DNA from: Mizuhopecten yessoensis
Taxonomy: Eukaryota
Length of the DNA: 64,000 nucleotides
NCBI RefSeq assembly: GCF_002113885.1
Contig: NW_018407563.1
Span: 507,187 to 571,186, forward strand
Reading direction: 5' to 3'
Each line of letters begins with the position of its first letter. Position 1 is the first letter of the stretch. The notes beneath the pieces are model-generated. The model ran no database searches. It was not told where the DNA came from and worked only from the letters and a program-made list of their open reading frames with translations. Positions 63,907-64,000 of this stretch are shown here, piece after piece. Made by a program: the position numbers and the translations under genes.

Positions 63907-64000
63907 ATGGAGAGGGTGTCAAATTTACCCTGGACCGATTTGACCCGGGTGGCGGGCTAACATCCAGTGTGGGCGCCTTGACCCCTGGGGATATGGCGGT
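63907..64000 (+). CDS. STIL: STIL exon 4, truncated by window end (DGEGVKFTLDRFDPG..TPGD)
   Basis: EGVxxTxDRFDPG STIL N-domain signature. Confidence 0.93.

Overview
AT-rich eukaryotic (animal) genomic DNA. The repeat repertoire (Helentron/HINE-type elements with internal satellites, tRNA-SINEs, tRNA-LTR TRIMs, Penelope, CR1/L2- and RTE-type LINEs) points to a bivalve mollusc (inference). Five spliced genes can be read by hand: (1) SPTLC1, minus strand, coding exons 1-10 at 12450->393, running off the left edge, with a probable GC-AG first intron; (2) an unnamed 842-aa single-coding-exon nuclear protein, minus strand, 27760->25232; (3) COA7, plus strand, 3 exons 30102->43645, head-to-head with gene 2; (4) UMP-CMP kinase CMPK1, minus strand, 6 coding exons 55743->49962; (5) STIL, plus strand, from 61222 off the right edge, head-to-head with CMPK1 as in vertebrates. 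Introns and intergenic DNA are filled with TEs; N gaps lie at 5104-5577 and 17865-17888. Most interesting: the 842-aa orphan carries two MORC3-C-terminus-like oligomerisation modules plus SIM-like and other repeated short motifs but no ATPase; two SPTLC1 minisatellites are built from the splice junctions themselves; an intact minimal hammerhead ribozyme lies in sense orientation in a CMPK1 intron; there are two tRNA-LTR miniature retrotransposons; and CMPK1 has a possible non-AUG mitochondrial presequence. All homology calls are from recalled sequences, not database searches.
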